From contig OY740785.1 in assembly GCA_963514005.1 (NCBI GenBank), positions 69,378,001-69,442,000 of the forward strand: a stretch of 64,000 bases of DNA, given 5' to 3'. Shown piece by piece: positions 12,935 through 25,974 of the stretch (position 1 is its first letter; every line of letters begins with the position of its first letter). Origin of the DNA: Raja brachyura (lineage: Eukaryota). The translations under genes and the position numbers were made by a program. Below the pieces are notes generated by a model. The model made no database searches, was not told the DNA's origin, and saw nothing but the letters and a program-made list of their open reading frames with translations.

Positions 12935-15888
12935 GGACGGGTTGCACTTGAACCCGAGGGGAACCAATATCCTGACGGGGAGATTTGCAAAGGAGACTTT
13001 AAACTAGAAAGGCTGGGGGGAGGGACTCGGGTAGAGGGGGCTAGGGAACAGAGTGAGGGGCAAGAGGCAGAGAAGGGAAGCACTCGGACCCAAAATGTAG
13101 ACGAGAAAGAGGAAAAAGATAATAAACAGAGAATAAGGGATGGTGGGTTTCTAAAATGTGTATATTTTAATGCTAGGAGCATTGTAAGAAAGGTGGATGA
13201 ACTTAGAGCCTGGATTGACACCTGGAAATATGATGTTGTGGCAATCAGTGAAACATGGTTGCGGGAGGGTTGTGATTGAAAACTAAATATTCTAGGATTT
13301 CGTTGCTTCAGGTGTGATAGAATTGGAGGGACCAGAGGTGGAGGGGTTGCATTGCTTGTCAGAGAAGATATTATAGCAGTGCTTTGGCAGGATAGATTAG
13401 AGGGCTTGTCTCGGGAGGCTATTTGGGTGGAACTGAGAAATGGGAACGGTGTAGCAACACTTTTAGGGGTGTATGTAGACTGCCAAATGGGGAGCGAGAA
13501 TTGGAAGAGCTAATTTGTAAGGAGATAGCAGATCTCCTTACAAATTAGATAGCAGTAGATAGCAATAGTAAGCACAAGGTAGTGATTTTGGGAGATTTCA
13601 ATTTTCCAAAAATAGACTGGGAAACACATTCTGTAAATGGGCTGAATGGTTTGGAGTTTGTTAAATGTGTGCAGGGTAGTTTTTTGAGGCAATACATAGA
13701 GGTATCGACCAGAGAAGGGGCATTGCTGGACCTCCTGTTAGGAAATTAGGCAGGTCAGGTGACGGAGGTATGTGTTGGTGAGCACTTCGGGACCAGTGAT
13801 CACAATACCATTAGTTTCAATATAAGTATGGAGAGAGTCAGAACTGAACCTAGGGTTGAGATTTTTGATTGGAGAAAGGCTAACTTTGAGGGAATGCGTA
13901 ATGATTTAAAACGAGTGAATTGGGACATTTTGTTTTATGGGAAGGATGTAGAAGAGAAATGGAGGACATTTAAAGGGGAAATTGTAAGAGTACAGAATCT
14001 TTATGTCCCTGTTCAGTTGAAAGGAAATAGTAAAAATCGGAAAGAGCCATGGTTTTCAAGGGAAATTGGACACTTGGTTCGAAAAAAGAGAGATATCTAC
14101 AATAATTATAAGGGGCATGGAGCAAAGGAGGTGCTAGATGATTATAAAGAATGTAAAAAGAATCTTAAGAAAGAAATAAGAAAAGCTAAAAGAAGATATG
14201 AAGTTGCTTTGGCAAGAAAGGTGAAAGTAAATCCAAAGGGTTTCTACAGCTATATTAATAGCAAAAGGATAACGAGGGATAAAATTGGACCATTAGAGAG
14301 CCAGAATGGACAGCTATCTGCAGAGCCAAAAGAGAAGGGGGAGATATTGAACAATTTATTTTCTTCGGTATTCACCAAGGAGAAGGATAGTGAACTCTGT
14401 GAGGTAAGGGAAAAAAGTAGAGTAGCTATGGAGACTATGAGATTCAAAGAGGAGGAAGTACTGACACTTTTGAAAAATATAAAAGTGGATAAGTCTCCAG
14501 ATCCTGACAGGATATTCCCTAGGACATTGAGGGAAGTTAGTGCAGAAATAGCAGGGGCTATGACAGAAATATTTCAAATGTCATTAGAAACGGGAATAGT
14601 GCCGGAGGATTGACGTACTGCACATGTTGTTCCATTGTTTAAAAAGGGTTCAAAGAATAAACCTAGCAATTATAGACCTGTTAGTTTGACGTCACTGGTG
14701 GGCAAATTAATGGAAAGGATATTTAGAGATAATATATATAAGCATCCGGATAAACAGGGTCTGATCAAGAACAGTCAACATGGATTTGTGCCTGGAAGGT
14801 CATGTTTGACAAACCTTCTTGAATTTTTTGAAGAGGTTACTAGGGAAGTTGATGAGGGTAAAGCAGTAGATGTTGTCTATATGGATTTCAGTAAGGCCTT
14901 TGACAAGGTTCCCCATGGAAGGTTGGTTAAGAAGGTTCAATCTTTGGATGTTAATGGTGGAGTAGCAAGATGGATTCAACAGTGGCTGAATGGGAGATGC
15001 CAGAGAGTAATGGTGGATGGCTGATTGTCAGGTTGGAAGCCGGTGACCAGTGGGGTGCCTCAGGGATCTGTGTTGGGTCCACTGTTGTTTGTCATGTACA
15101 TCAATGATCTAGATGATGGGGTGGAAAATTGGATAAGTAAGTATGCAGATGATACTAAAATAGGGGGTGCTGTGGATAATGAAGTAGATTTTCAAAGTCT
15201 ACAGAGAGATTTGGGCCATTTGGAAGAGTGGGCTGAAAGATGGCAGATGGAGTTTAATGCTGATAAGTGTGAGGTGCTACATCTTGGCAGGACAAATCAA
15301 AATAGGACGTACATGGTAAATGGTAGAGAATTGAGGAATGCTGTGGAACAGAGGGATCTAGGAATAACTGTGCATAGTTCCCTGAAGGTGGAATCGCATG
15401 TAGATAGGGTGGTAAAGAAAGCTTTTGGTGTGCTGGCCTTTATAAATCAGAGCATTGAATATAGGAGTAGGGAAGTAATGTTAAAATTGTACAAGGCATT
15501 GGTGAGACCAATTCTGGAGTATGGTGTACAGTTTTGGTCACCTAATTATAGGAAGGATGTCAATAAAATAGAGAGTACAGAGGAGATTTACCAGAATGTT
15601 GCCTGGGTTCCAGCATCTAAGTTACAGAGAAAGGTTGAACAAGTTAGGTCTTTATTCTTTGGAGCGCAGAAGGTTAAGGGGGGGACTTGATTGAGGTCTT
15701 TAAAATGATGAAAGGGATAGACAGAGTTGACGTGGATAAGCTTTTCCCATTGAAGGTAGGGATGATTCAAACAAGAGGGCATGACATGAGAATTAAGGGA
15801 CAGATGTTTAGGGGTAATGGTCGACACGGACTGGAAGGGCCAAGAGGGCCTGTTTCCATGCTATAATTGTTATATGGTTATATGGTAA
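12935..15888 (+). mobile_element. CR1 LINE with nearly complete but interrupted ORF2 (APE endonuclease + RT)
   Basis: KCVYFNARSIVRKVDEL, VAISETWL, SDHNTISF, YMDFSKAFDKVPH, GVPQGSVLGP, SKYADDTK; in-frame stops near 13277, 14611 and 15022; (GTTATATG)n-like tail. Confidence 0.95.
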
Positions 15889-16487
15889 CTCAAATATCAC
15901 TGTACCTTAATTGTTGCATGTGACAATAAATGTGAACTTGAACTAAATCTACGTCCTTCGGTTCTCGATTCCCCTACTCTGGGTAAATCATACTGTGCAT
16001 CTAACCTATCGTTTCCCCTCATCTGAAACACCTCTCTAGGATCACCTCTCACCCTGCTATGCTTAAGGAATACTGCCAAACCTCTGCCTATCATTCAGGC
16101 CCTCAAATGCTGGCAGCTTCCTTGTAAATCTTCTCTGCGCAGTCATTAGGGACACTGGATGTTTCCCTGACTAACCACATCTTGCAAGGAGTTAATTGCA
16201 TTTGGACCAAAGAAGAAAGTTACAAAAACAAGAAGTTTATTTATCTTGCCGTCACCTTCTGCTTGGTCACCTTGCTGAAGCCTCTCGAATCAAAACCTAA
16301 ATACTAGCTCACCGGAGCGCACCGGAGCGCAACTCCGGCACCTCTGCCTTGGGAGTAACGGGGAGGATAGAACTTTGGAATAGAGAAACCGTGTGCTCGG
16401 ATACGTGGTTGATGAATTTAGTATGAAGCTGCTGTAATTGCGCAAGGGGGGGAAAGAGACGGCAGTTTAGTTGGGGGAGATTCTGAG

Positions 16488-17494
16488 TAGCAATGTTACA
16501 AAATTTTGAGATTTTAAAAATCAAGTCTGCAATTTATCCCATCAGATAAAGCATAAAAAGAAGTTTAATTTGACACCTAATTCACTTTCATATCTTCAGT
16601 ATTAAGAAAGTTATGGCCATTTTCATACTCGGAAATGAGCATCTTGTTCCCCATTGCCTTTCAATTAACAGTTAAAAGCCCATAACTTTCTTAAAAAATA
16701 AGAGAACTCAATGAAATTTTCAGTTATTATAGATTGAAGCATTCTGAAACAAATATGAAACAATCTTACTTGGATGACCTGAAATTAAAGCATATAATTA
16801 GTTAGTTATCTAATTGTAGCTAATTACAAAATTCAATGAGTAGATCTAAACATCTATCCATTTCTTAAGAAAAGATAAACTTTTTTTAAATTACCTAAGT
16901 GTCCAAATAACATTCACACAATAATCCACAATATAACATAATTTTTAAATCTCATTTTCATGAATTTCTGGGCCAAATGGAAGGAATTTAGTGTTTGATT
17001 CCTGTAAATTAATAGCCATTTAAATCAACTAGCGAGTGGGTTTCAGTGGAATGCGGTGGATTGGAACGTTGCGGATAGTGGTGAAGTCGGGAGGAAAAAT
17101 ACTGTTTGTTCATACATTTTTTTGGACCCCATTTTGCAACATGAAAATATTATTAAAGCCTCCGAAAAACCAACTTTTAATATTAAAATAATCTATTTAC
17201 CTTTTGTTCTCCCCTATGCAAATTCCTTACGGTTGTCGGCGCTCACGGCTTTTGAAGGTGATTTTTAAATTGCTCTAGTTAATAAATAATTTAGAGTAAT
17301 TTAAAAATACCTTAATTCATGAAATGTCGGAGCGATTTTTCTTCCGCTACGAAATCGCCTGACATTGATCGATTTTCCTTGCCTGTGGAAAAACGGCACT
17401 TTAAGCCCGCCCCCCTCTGAAAGGCGCCAAAGTCGCGCACATGGGGAGCGGCAGAACTGCAGCGCTGCTCAAGGTAAGTTTTGTAACATACCTA
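16488..17494 (+). mobile_element. Non-autonomous ~1 kb TIR element, copy 1
   Basis: Ends TAGCAATGTTACAAAA ... TTTTGTAACATACCTA (14/16 inverted match); exact 7-bp TSD ttctgag at 16481-16487 and 17495-17501; collinear with 59142-60180. Confidence 0.9.
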
Positions 17495-17949
17495 TTCTGA
17501 GACGTTCCAGGGCCACTTTGGAGGTGAGTACCTTATACTGATACTTTAGAATATTCACCCGCTGACCCGCCGCCGTTATAAGGATGGATATTTTAAACAG
17601 AGAATTTGAATCAAATCTCAACTCACGCAAGGAAATTGAAATTGCTGTAAGTAAGAATCTCATTGTCCCCTTTCGGGACATATGTCAATAAAACACTCTT
17701 GCCCCATGAAATTCTCGCTTCTGCTGCCAAGAAGAACCTATCCGCCTGAAATCGTCTTGATAGAAATTGTCTCGTCAGTTTTGTTTTTAATAATTTACTC
17801 CGCCACTGTTATAAACGGTTCTCAATACAACGAAAGTCGTGTCTAGATTTTGAGGATTAGACCCTTCTCGCCCAGCGCGCAATTAATATATATAATGTTT
17901 CAAAGTTCAATCCAGATGGCTTCCGCTTTGATTTAGTTACCATTAAATG

Positions 17950-19600
17950 GCAAAAATTTTGTTCTCATTGATGAAACAACAAGCCTGAGCATCAAAACCG
18001 CCCTAATGTTTTATTTGAAATGTGAACGTGATAAGGAAGGTGGTCCCCATTTTATATTTCTAGATCTAACTAAACTGCGTGATCAGAAAGTTGAAACTAT
18101 TGCTAAGTATCTATTGAACTGTCTCAGTAACCATGGGTTTGATGACTCTTACATGAAACAGAACCTTGTAGCATTTGCTAGTGATGAGACGAGCGTAATG
18201 CTTGGTGTCAAATTTGGTGTTGCTATAATTCTCAAGGAACATTACCTTGATGTGATAATTTGACACTGTCTTAATCACAGATTAGAACTTGCAGTAGGTG
18301 ATTCGGTGAGAGAAGTTCATGGAATTAATCATTTTCATAAATGTGAACTTGAACTAAATATATGTTCTTCCGTTCTCGATTCCCCTACTCTGGGTAAATC
18401 ATACTGTGCATCTAACCTATCATTTCCCCTCATCTGAAACACCTCTCTAAGATCACCTCTCACCCTGCTATGCTTAAGGAATACTGCACTAGTCTGCCAA
18501 ACCTCTGCCTATCATTCAGGCCCTCAAATGCTGGCAGCTTCCTTGTAAGTCTTCTCTGCGCAGTCATTTGTCCATTTATGGACAAATTGTGTGCTGTTTA
18601 CAGTAGATCACCTCTAAATCAAAAGGAACTGTAGGAAATGTGCCTTTCAACTAGAGCAACACATTTGCAAAATAGGCTGTGTTCTGGGCACCAGGTGGGT
18701 AGCTAGCTCGTTGTGAACAGTTTCAGCAGTGTGGCAAAATTATGAAGCACTGTGTCTTTTGAAAAAGCAATGAAGGATGAAACACGATCTGGGAGTGACA
18801 GAAAAACCTATGAAGGTCTGTTGACAAGACTCTCTTCAGAACAGTTTCTATTGGATTTAGCTCTAATGTGTGACACGTTGCATCAACTTGGTTTACCTTC
18901 AGAGTGTTTTCAGAAACGCACCACTATGATTGTTCATGCAGACAAACTGATCCAACAGAGCATAAGATCACTGCATGGACTGAAAGAGCAACCTGGTACA
19001 AAAACTCTAGAAGCTCAAGTTGAAAACGGGAAGTTGGAGAAATTACCTTAACAAGCAACAACAAAATCATTGCCATTAATTATCAACAGTTTCTTACTAG
19101 TCTTATAAACAATTTGCAGCACCGTATGTTAACAACTACATCCTTGAAAGGTTCTCATTCTTCTGAACCTCATAGTATGTATAAATCCCTGCTAAATGTA
19201 TTGTGTGTCCTTGATAAATGCTGTTGGCCTGCTGAATTACCACATAATTATGGAGAAGCTGTAATATCATCTCTCTGTAAGAGGTTTAAGCTTTCTTCTT
19301 CCTCTGTAATAAATGCCTTCAGTGATTATGTGGAGGATTGTGGACGCCGCATCCACCGAGATATACGCCCATTACTGCGCTGTTCACAAGTTATTCCCAT
19401 TAGTACTGCTGAGTGTGAGAGGGGATTCATCACATGAACTTGATAATAACACCAACACGCTGAAGAATTCTCATAAATCATGTATCAGCACGTTTGTTAA
19501 ACTACACGGACCTCTGGTTCAGTGGAATCCTGAGCCATACGTCACATCGTGGCTGCGGTGCCACAGATCAGCAGAACACACCTGAACAAGAGTTGCTTCA
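17950..19600 (+). pseudogene. hAT transposase pseudogene (C-terminal part)
   Basis: ORF fragments 18006-18263, 18752-19051 and 19114-19437 are collinear pieces separated by stops, frameshifts and the insertion at 18337-18568. Confidence 0.85.
18337..18568 (+). repeat. Local direct duplication of 15926-16147 inserted in the hAT transposase
   Basis: Near-identical from ataaatgtgaacttgaactaaat to cttctctgcgcagtcatt; spans a LINE-tail/CR1 junction. Confidence 0.93.
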
Positions 19601-20730
19601 GACCCCTGAATACATATTACGCCTGACCCTTTGTGGAAATTATTGTGAAACTTATCATTGGTGGCATTTGGTAAGTTGGTAATTTAGTGTAAATTGGTAA
19701 AATACATGATTACCGTCTTTTTCTTACTAGCTTGATAATTATATTTCATGATAATTAGTGAGTGCAACCATGCAATATTTTGTCATATTATTAAATTAGG
19801 TATTATATGTTTTATTGTACTAGTTATACACTGGGATGTAGTGATAGGCTATAATTTTGTTTGACCACCTTGGGAGATTAGCTTGTCCCCCCCCCAAGCA
19901 AAACCGGAAATAACGCTCCTGTTTGACAGCTCCGGCACCGAAAAAATTAGCACTGCAACACTGTCAATACCTACCCTAAAACACAGCACTCTACCTCAAA
20001 ACACAGCCTCCCCCAAAGCGACCGCTGCCAATAGACCACTGTGTTCTACCTTTACTTTGCTACTCTGCCTCTCAATGAGCCAATCCATTAAACCTTCCAA
20101 CTGCTGCTCTGCTCTGCATCCTGGCTGGAAACCTACACATTCCATCCGCTTTGCTGAAGGAGAGAGCTCTTGTTTTTGAGCCTCTCTCTACCTCAGGACT
20201 TGGGTACAAGTCAGGACTTCAGACCAACAGACAGCAGTGCAGAACGAAAGAACTGGGACACTGTCAGATATCTCAACTTTTATATGGAATTTTAAAATAG
20301 GTCCGAGTTGGAGTAAAAATAAGTACAATGGCATTTTTGCAAATGAAGAGCAGACCGTTTTCTTGGCCAGCATTCTTCCATTAATTCTATTTTGTTTGTC
20401 AGATCTCGTAGAAAACTATTATTTGGTAATCATTGTTACTAAATAGGCTTACTTAGCAGTGGTTATTCCACTTCAAATTATTGGCAATTAGTACTTTTTT
20501 GAAAAATTGCAACATGTGGCACAATATAAATCGGCGATCTCGCCAAAATAAAACACATCGTTGGGGACTTTTTAAGTTTGCACACTACTTTTGCAAATGG
20601 CAAATGTCCTGACTTTCTGAAGCCTTCTCACCAACATACCTTTGGAGCATGGTGATCAGGTTTTATGGATGAATACATTCTAACAACTCTTAGGAAATTT
20701 GACACCATCCAAGTCCGAGTAAGCTGCTTA

Positions 20731-20902
20731 AGGGCCTGTCCCGAGTTACTCATGAATTCTCCCGAGTTTTCCCCTTGATTCAAACTCGGAGAATGTCCTT
20801 AGCGAGGCCGTGGGAGTCCGTAGATATATTGTAATGGCTTGTTTTGCCAGCCGTAGGTACTCAGGTAAGTCGGGACGTTTTTTCCAGCATGACAAAAAAG
20901 TC
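20731..20902 (+). mobile_element. One-ended Harbinger MITE fragment
   Basis: Starts tta|AGGGCCTGTCCC, the same terminus type as 1812; CpG-richer than flanks; no second TIR found. Confidence 0.6.
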
Positions 20903-21349
20903 AAATTGGTAACACCTGTCTTTTGGACTGACACTTCCAAAGTAACACCATGTCCATATGTTTATTTGTGATGTGAATTGTTTTGAATGTCATGCCAGTA
21001 AGGGTATTGATATGCATGCAGTGAATGTCACTGCAAACAGGTCGTAATGTCAGTCATCATGCATTACTGATTTGATGCCGTTTTTGAGGTCTGCCATCAA
21101 TGCTATTGACCATGAATCATTAATGACATACATTACTTTGGTTATAAGGGCTGTGTGGTTTTTACTAGTGTTCTGTGCTATTTGTGGTCATATTGCAGGT
21201 TTCTAACTTCAAGCCTTTTTGCCCAAAATGATTGTGCATTATGGCCAATCAGTTTTGTACGGAAACTATTGCTCTGAATTCAGATTATTTCATCACCAGC
21301 CATAAATTGACCTCCCCCAAGACATGGACGTGATAAATGGAATTAGTAT

Positions 21350-21848
21350 ATGTTTATGTTTATTATTGTTATATGTTCCAATGCTTTGTCTTGCATGCTC
21401 TCCAATCTGATCAGATATACTGTACATAAATACAATCAATTCAAATGCAAGTATGATAGAGAGACCAAAGGAGAAGATATAAAGTGCTGACAAGTCTTGG
21501 ATTATGTTGGCTGCTATTCTGAGGCAACGTGAGGTGTAGATGGAGTCAATGGTAGGGAGTCTGGTGTGTGTGGTGGACTGGTCTACATCCACAACTCTCT
21601 GCAATTTCTTGCAGTCTTGGGCAAAGCTGTTCCCAAACCAAACTGTGATGCAACCTGACAGTATGCCTTCTTTGGTACATCTGTAGAAGTTTATAATAGT
21701 ATTTGGAGACGTGCCGAATTTCCTCAGTATCTTGAGGAAGTAGAGGCATTGGTGTGCCTTCTTCGCTTTTGCTTCAAAGTGGTTGGTTCATGACATATCC
21801 TCGGTAATATAAATGTCAAGGAACTTGAAGCTCTCAACCATTGCCACT
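21350..21848 (-). mobile_element. Rex1-like LINE 3' fragment
   Basis: Minus translation LQRVVDV...LPTIDSIYTSRCLRIAANIIQD, homologous to the C-terminal region at 4200-4400. Confidence 0.75.
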
Positions 21849-22449
21849 TGGGTAATGCACTGTGCCCTTGGTTGGCAAGAAGAACCTGTCTTCATGTTTC
21901 TATGATTCTACCCTCCCTTCCCTTTAAAACTCTGCTGATCATATCCTGGCATTATAAAATAGTTATAGCACAGCAGGTTCATTTTGCCCTTTTGCCTATT
22001 TTGCCCTTTGATTTCATGCCAGTTTCGTGCAGAGTATTCTAGTCTGTTCCATTCTTCAGCTCCTTCCCTGTGGTCCTATGAACTGACTATTTCCCTTTTT
22101 GATAGCCCCAATTGACTCAGTTCCTACCGTGCCTGCAAACAATGAATTCTACATGTTAACCATCAGTGTAAACTAAAAAAAGATTGTATATGTTTATCAT
22201 CTCTGAACCAGTAATATTTCAATGGATCTCATCTCCTCTTAGATCTCCTCCTCGCCTTCACCATTCCAGAGCAAACAACACCGCTTCCTCAAGTTTAATC
22301 TTGTATTCAAAACCCTTAATTTCTTGACCTACCTCAGTTAATCTTTTCTGCATGTGCTCTAGGACCATGACATCCTTAATTGATTGATCAGAATTATACA
22401 ATCGTATTTACCCTTGATCTTTGTAATGACTATTAAATATTGTCTCCAT

Positions 22450-22830
22450 CTGATCAATGCCTCAATTTTTAAATCTCAAACTTGTTTTCAAATCTCTCCA
22501 TGCTTTCGACAAGTACTACTCCAATAGCCCGGCAAACCCTCCAACTTACTTTGTTTCAATCTTACATGGCCGTTCACCCACTGGAAATTCCTTTCTCCAT
22601 TATCTTTATTAATTCATTGTTTGGCTGCTAAGAGCCCAAGGTGTAAAATTCTCTCTCTGAAACACTTTTTAAATTTGTACTCCTCTCCTTTCAATATAAT
22701 GTCTATCTCTTTCATTAAGATTTGATTTAAACTTATCCACCCTGCTCTCTCTGAAGCATGGTGTCAAATTTTGGACGTGCTCTTTTGAAACGCCTTGGGA
22801 TATTTGTGACATCAAAAGTACTATTTTTTT
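22450..22830 (+). mobile_element. Ancient L2-like LINE 3' end
   Basis: tttaaatctcaaacttgttttcaaatctctccatg ... gaaacgccttgggatattt resembles L2 3' ends; heavily decayed. Confidence 0.45.
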
Positions 22831-23904
22831 TATTTTAGTGGTTGTAAAATTTGGTGCAACAAACCAGAATTTCAACAGTTAGTTAGGCATCCCACTAAAA
22901 GTACAAAGTCTGAAAATGAATGCATCTGGTAACTAGCTGGTGTTTACATTCCACTCTGAGGAAGGGCTGAACTTAGTTGCACAGATTATAAGTAGTTGCA
23001 CAATACAGCAGTGTTCCTTACACCGTGAAACTCAGAATGAAGATGTGCTCAAATAATTTGAATGCAAATGCAAAATGCATGGAGGAATAATTTGGATGCT
23101 TCGTATGCTGAATTCTTTATAATTTTGTTGTACAATGTGATCATTCCAAACCATCACAAATTGGGAACACATGAGGAGGAGATGGATTACTTGTTGCAAC
23201 CCAGACATCCCCCTTTTTCCCCAAGATGAAATTAACCAGGTACCTCACAGAAGAGAACTAATAACTTCAAATGCATTTCTTATTTCTGGTAATATAACTC
23301 TCCTTTGCTTCCCACCAGCACAGACTGTCATGTCCTTGCCATTGTGATAATGTAAACATCCAGCAGAAAATACATTATTGCAAATCACATAGTATTGTGC
23401 ACAAAATTTGAATAATTGGTCTTGTGCATTTCCATAACTTTTTTTTCAGTTTGCTTTTGCAAATACTCCTGTGACGTGCACTACAGTGCTTGTAGCTGAT
23501 GTTAAATTGCAGTGGAGAAGGCATTAAATGGCCTCGGAGGAGTGAGCTAAAGCAATCAGCACCATGGAGACTTGTCTTCATTATTTACCAACTCCATGTG
23601 GGATAGTAATCTGAATTGACTGGCTAATGTCCAATAGCAAGGGTAGTAGCGAAGCAATGCATTCCTGAGTCTGTAAGATGTTGTATGAAAGAAGACAGTA
23701 GGCTTGTTCTCCATGAAACTACTAGCCCCTCAGATTGTGCTCCTTCATCAGGGATTGTAAAGTGTTGAAGAACACTTTTCTGGTTTGTTGTGATGGCCTG
23801 AAAATTATTTTGCACAATGTAATCTAGCATATATCTAAGCTTGCACTGAAACATTAAGGCACTGGCTACTTAACCTGCAATGGGAGCTGAGTGATTTGGC
23901 CATT

Positions 23905-24760
23905 GGGAACTGCACAAAATGCTGGAGAAACTCAGCGGGTGAGGCAGCGTCTATGGAGAGAAGGAATTGGCGATATTTCAGGTTGAGACCCTTCTTGATG
24001 AAGTCTTTGCATGAAGCCTAGTTCTGGAAGTGTATAGGAGTTGCAAATGGTAGACCCCTGAGCCAAATAGATGAAGTGCTCAACATTTCTGGCAGCATGT
24101 CTAATGCACCAGGTAATTCAATGTCTGAATTAAACAGCTTTGCTTGTGTACCTTATTAAAATCTGATTCCTCTTCAGCAGTACTGAGTGTCCATATCCTG
24201 CATTGAATTGGTGTAATTGCTCTCTTCTGCTCTGAATAAAGTGCAGTTGTGCTTGTTATCTCAATGTGTACACCTTTTGCCTATCTGTGAACCTTAAAGT
24301 GAAAGTTGCTATTTTCGGGTATATGAGGAGAAAAATATTACAAGGGTGAGTTATGAGGGATGATGGTGAATGTAAATGCATAATGAACTGTAGATGCTGA
24401 AATCTGGAGCAAAAAGCAAACTGCTGCAGTAACTCAGCAGGTCAGGCAGCATCTGTGAAGGGAAAAGGACAGCCGACATTTCGGGTCGAGATCTTTCATT
24501 TGGACGGAAAGAGCAGTTTGGAGATAGCTTGTCTTAAGAGGCGAGGGGGAGGGCGGGGCAAGCACTGTTAAGCTATAGGATCCAGATGAAAATGTTTTTA
24601 TTGGCAAATTGAGTCAGGTGGAGGTGAGAAGGCTTGAGACAGTGACAGAGGCAGAGAGGTGATAGGTGGAGACAACAAAAGGTTTCTGATTGTAGAATCT
24701 GAGTAGAAAAGGGAGAGTGGAATCAAATATGGCAGAAATTAGAATTGAGAGGGGAAGGGA
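23905..24760 (-). mobile_element. Two Penelope pseudo-LTR fragments (about 23905-23997 and 24385-24760)
   Basis: gctggagaaactcagcgggtgaggcagc...tttcaggttgagacccttc and aactcagcaggtcaggcagcatctg...gacatttcgggtcgagatc. Confidence 0.7.
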
Positions 24761-24879
24761 TAGGGAACCCTCCCAAAGTGTGAAAGTGATAGGAAAAAGG
24801 TGTACATGAGGGAGTAAAAAAATCCTGGGCGATAGAGAGGTGGTGGGAAGGTCCTGAGTTTAGCTCAAGGAACAAATGA

Positions 24880-25650
24880 GTGAACCTTGTCTGAACTGCC
24901 TCCAAAATGACTATGTCCCTCCTTAACAGTGGAAACTGTAATTGTTTGGGTACTCCAGTTGTGGTCTCACCAAACATTCTCAATTTATTTACTAAATTCC
25001 CTTTGAAATAAAGGCCAACATTTCCTTTGATTTTTTTGGGTACTTATTCTAACTTGCCATGTTCCCACATCCCTCTCTGTAGCAGCATTCTGAAAACTCT
25101 GTCCAGAAAAAAATAATATTCTATCTTCCCATTCTTCTCATGATCACCAATTTTGTAGTTTATCTTCCAGATGTGCGTGCACTCTTCCAAATCATCTATA
25201 TATCGTTGCAGACTTTTTCATCCTAGCAAGTTGCATTTTACGATGTCTTCAGTAAAGGTTGCTATAATGCACTCAATCCCTTGGTTGAAGTCATTAACAA
25301 AGATTGTAAATAGTACAGTCTCTAGCATTGATCTCAGCAACAACCCACTAAATCATACCATGCTGGTTGGAAAATTATCATTTATTTCAGCTTTCTGTCC
25401 TAGTGCTACGTTCTTAGATGGCACAATAACCATTTACAGGGCACCTCATCAAGTACACTCTGGAAAAATCCAAGTACACTGCACAGTTTTTTTATCCACA
25501 CGGCTCATTAAGTTCTCAAAGAAGTCTTATTAATTTTGTCCATTGTGATTTTCCTTTTCATTAAAACAAGTTGAATCTGCTTGTTTGTATTCTGCTTTTC
25601 CAAGTATTCTGGAACCACTTTCTCAATAATGGATTCCAGCATTTCCCCCC
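24880..25650 (-). mobile_element. Old CR1 LINE fragment
   Basis: Minus-strand LRRDIVILEAVQTRFT and decayed RT motifs. Confidence 0.6.
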
Positions 25651-25974
25651 TCCAATGATATAAAAACAAAAATAGCTGGAAATATTCAGTGGATCACCTT
25701 TGAAGAGAGAAGCAGTTAACATTCCAAGTCACAGATTTTTCATAGGAACTGGTAAAGGCACAGAGTGGCATGTATAAAGAATTTCTTTATTCTTAATATG
25801 GCCATCACAATTTTTATATGGGGCTTTCGCTTTAAACTGGAGGATGAGACTATGTTCGGCAGCTGTGGCATGGCTTGTACCACATAATTTCCTACAAGGC
25901 AAAACCAGGAGGCAGCTCATTCCCAGCTCACTCCCAAAACCAAGGCGAAGCATCACTCCAGATGAGCTCAATGT

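Larger units (their letters stand above)
16298..19963 (+). mobile_element. Degenerate hAT DNA transposon (KIAA1586/ZNF862-like transposase) with nested insertions
   Basis: Transposase remnants LIDETT, FASDETSVMLG..GVA, HCLNHRLELAVGD, IPISTAECERGF (hAT dimerisation domain). Right end ...TAGCACTGCAACACTG; subterminal CTCCGGCACC at both ends; candidate 8-bp TSD tcaaaacc (16290-16297) / tcaatacc (19964-19971); left TIR eroded. Confidence 0.85.

Noticed and set aside
18006-19437. Functional KIAA1586/ZNF862-like domesticated transposase gene
   Set aside because: Multiple stops, frameshifts and an insertion; transposon termini still present.
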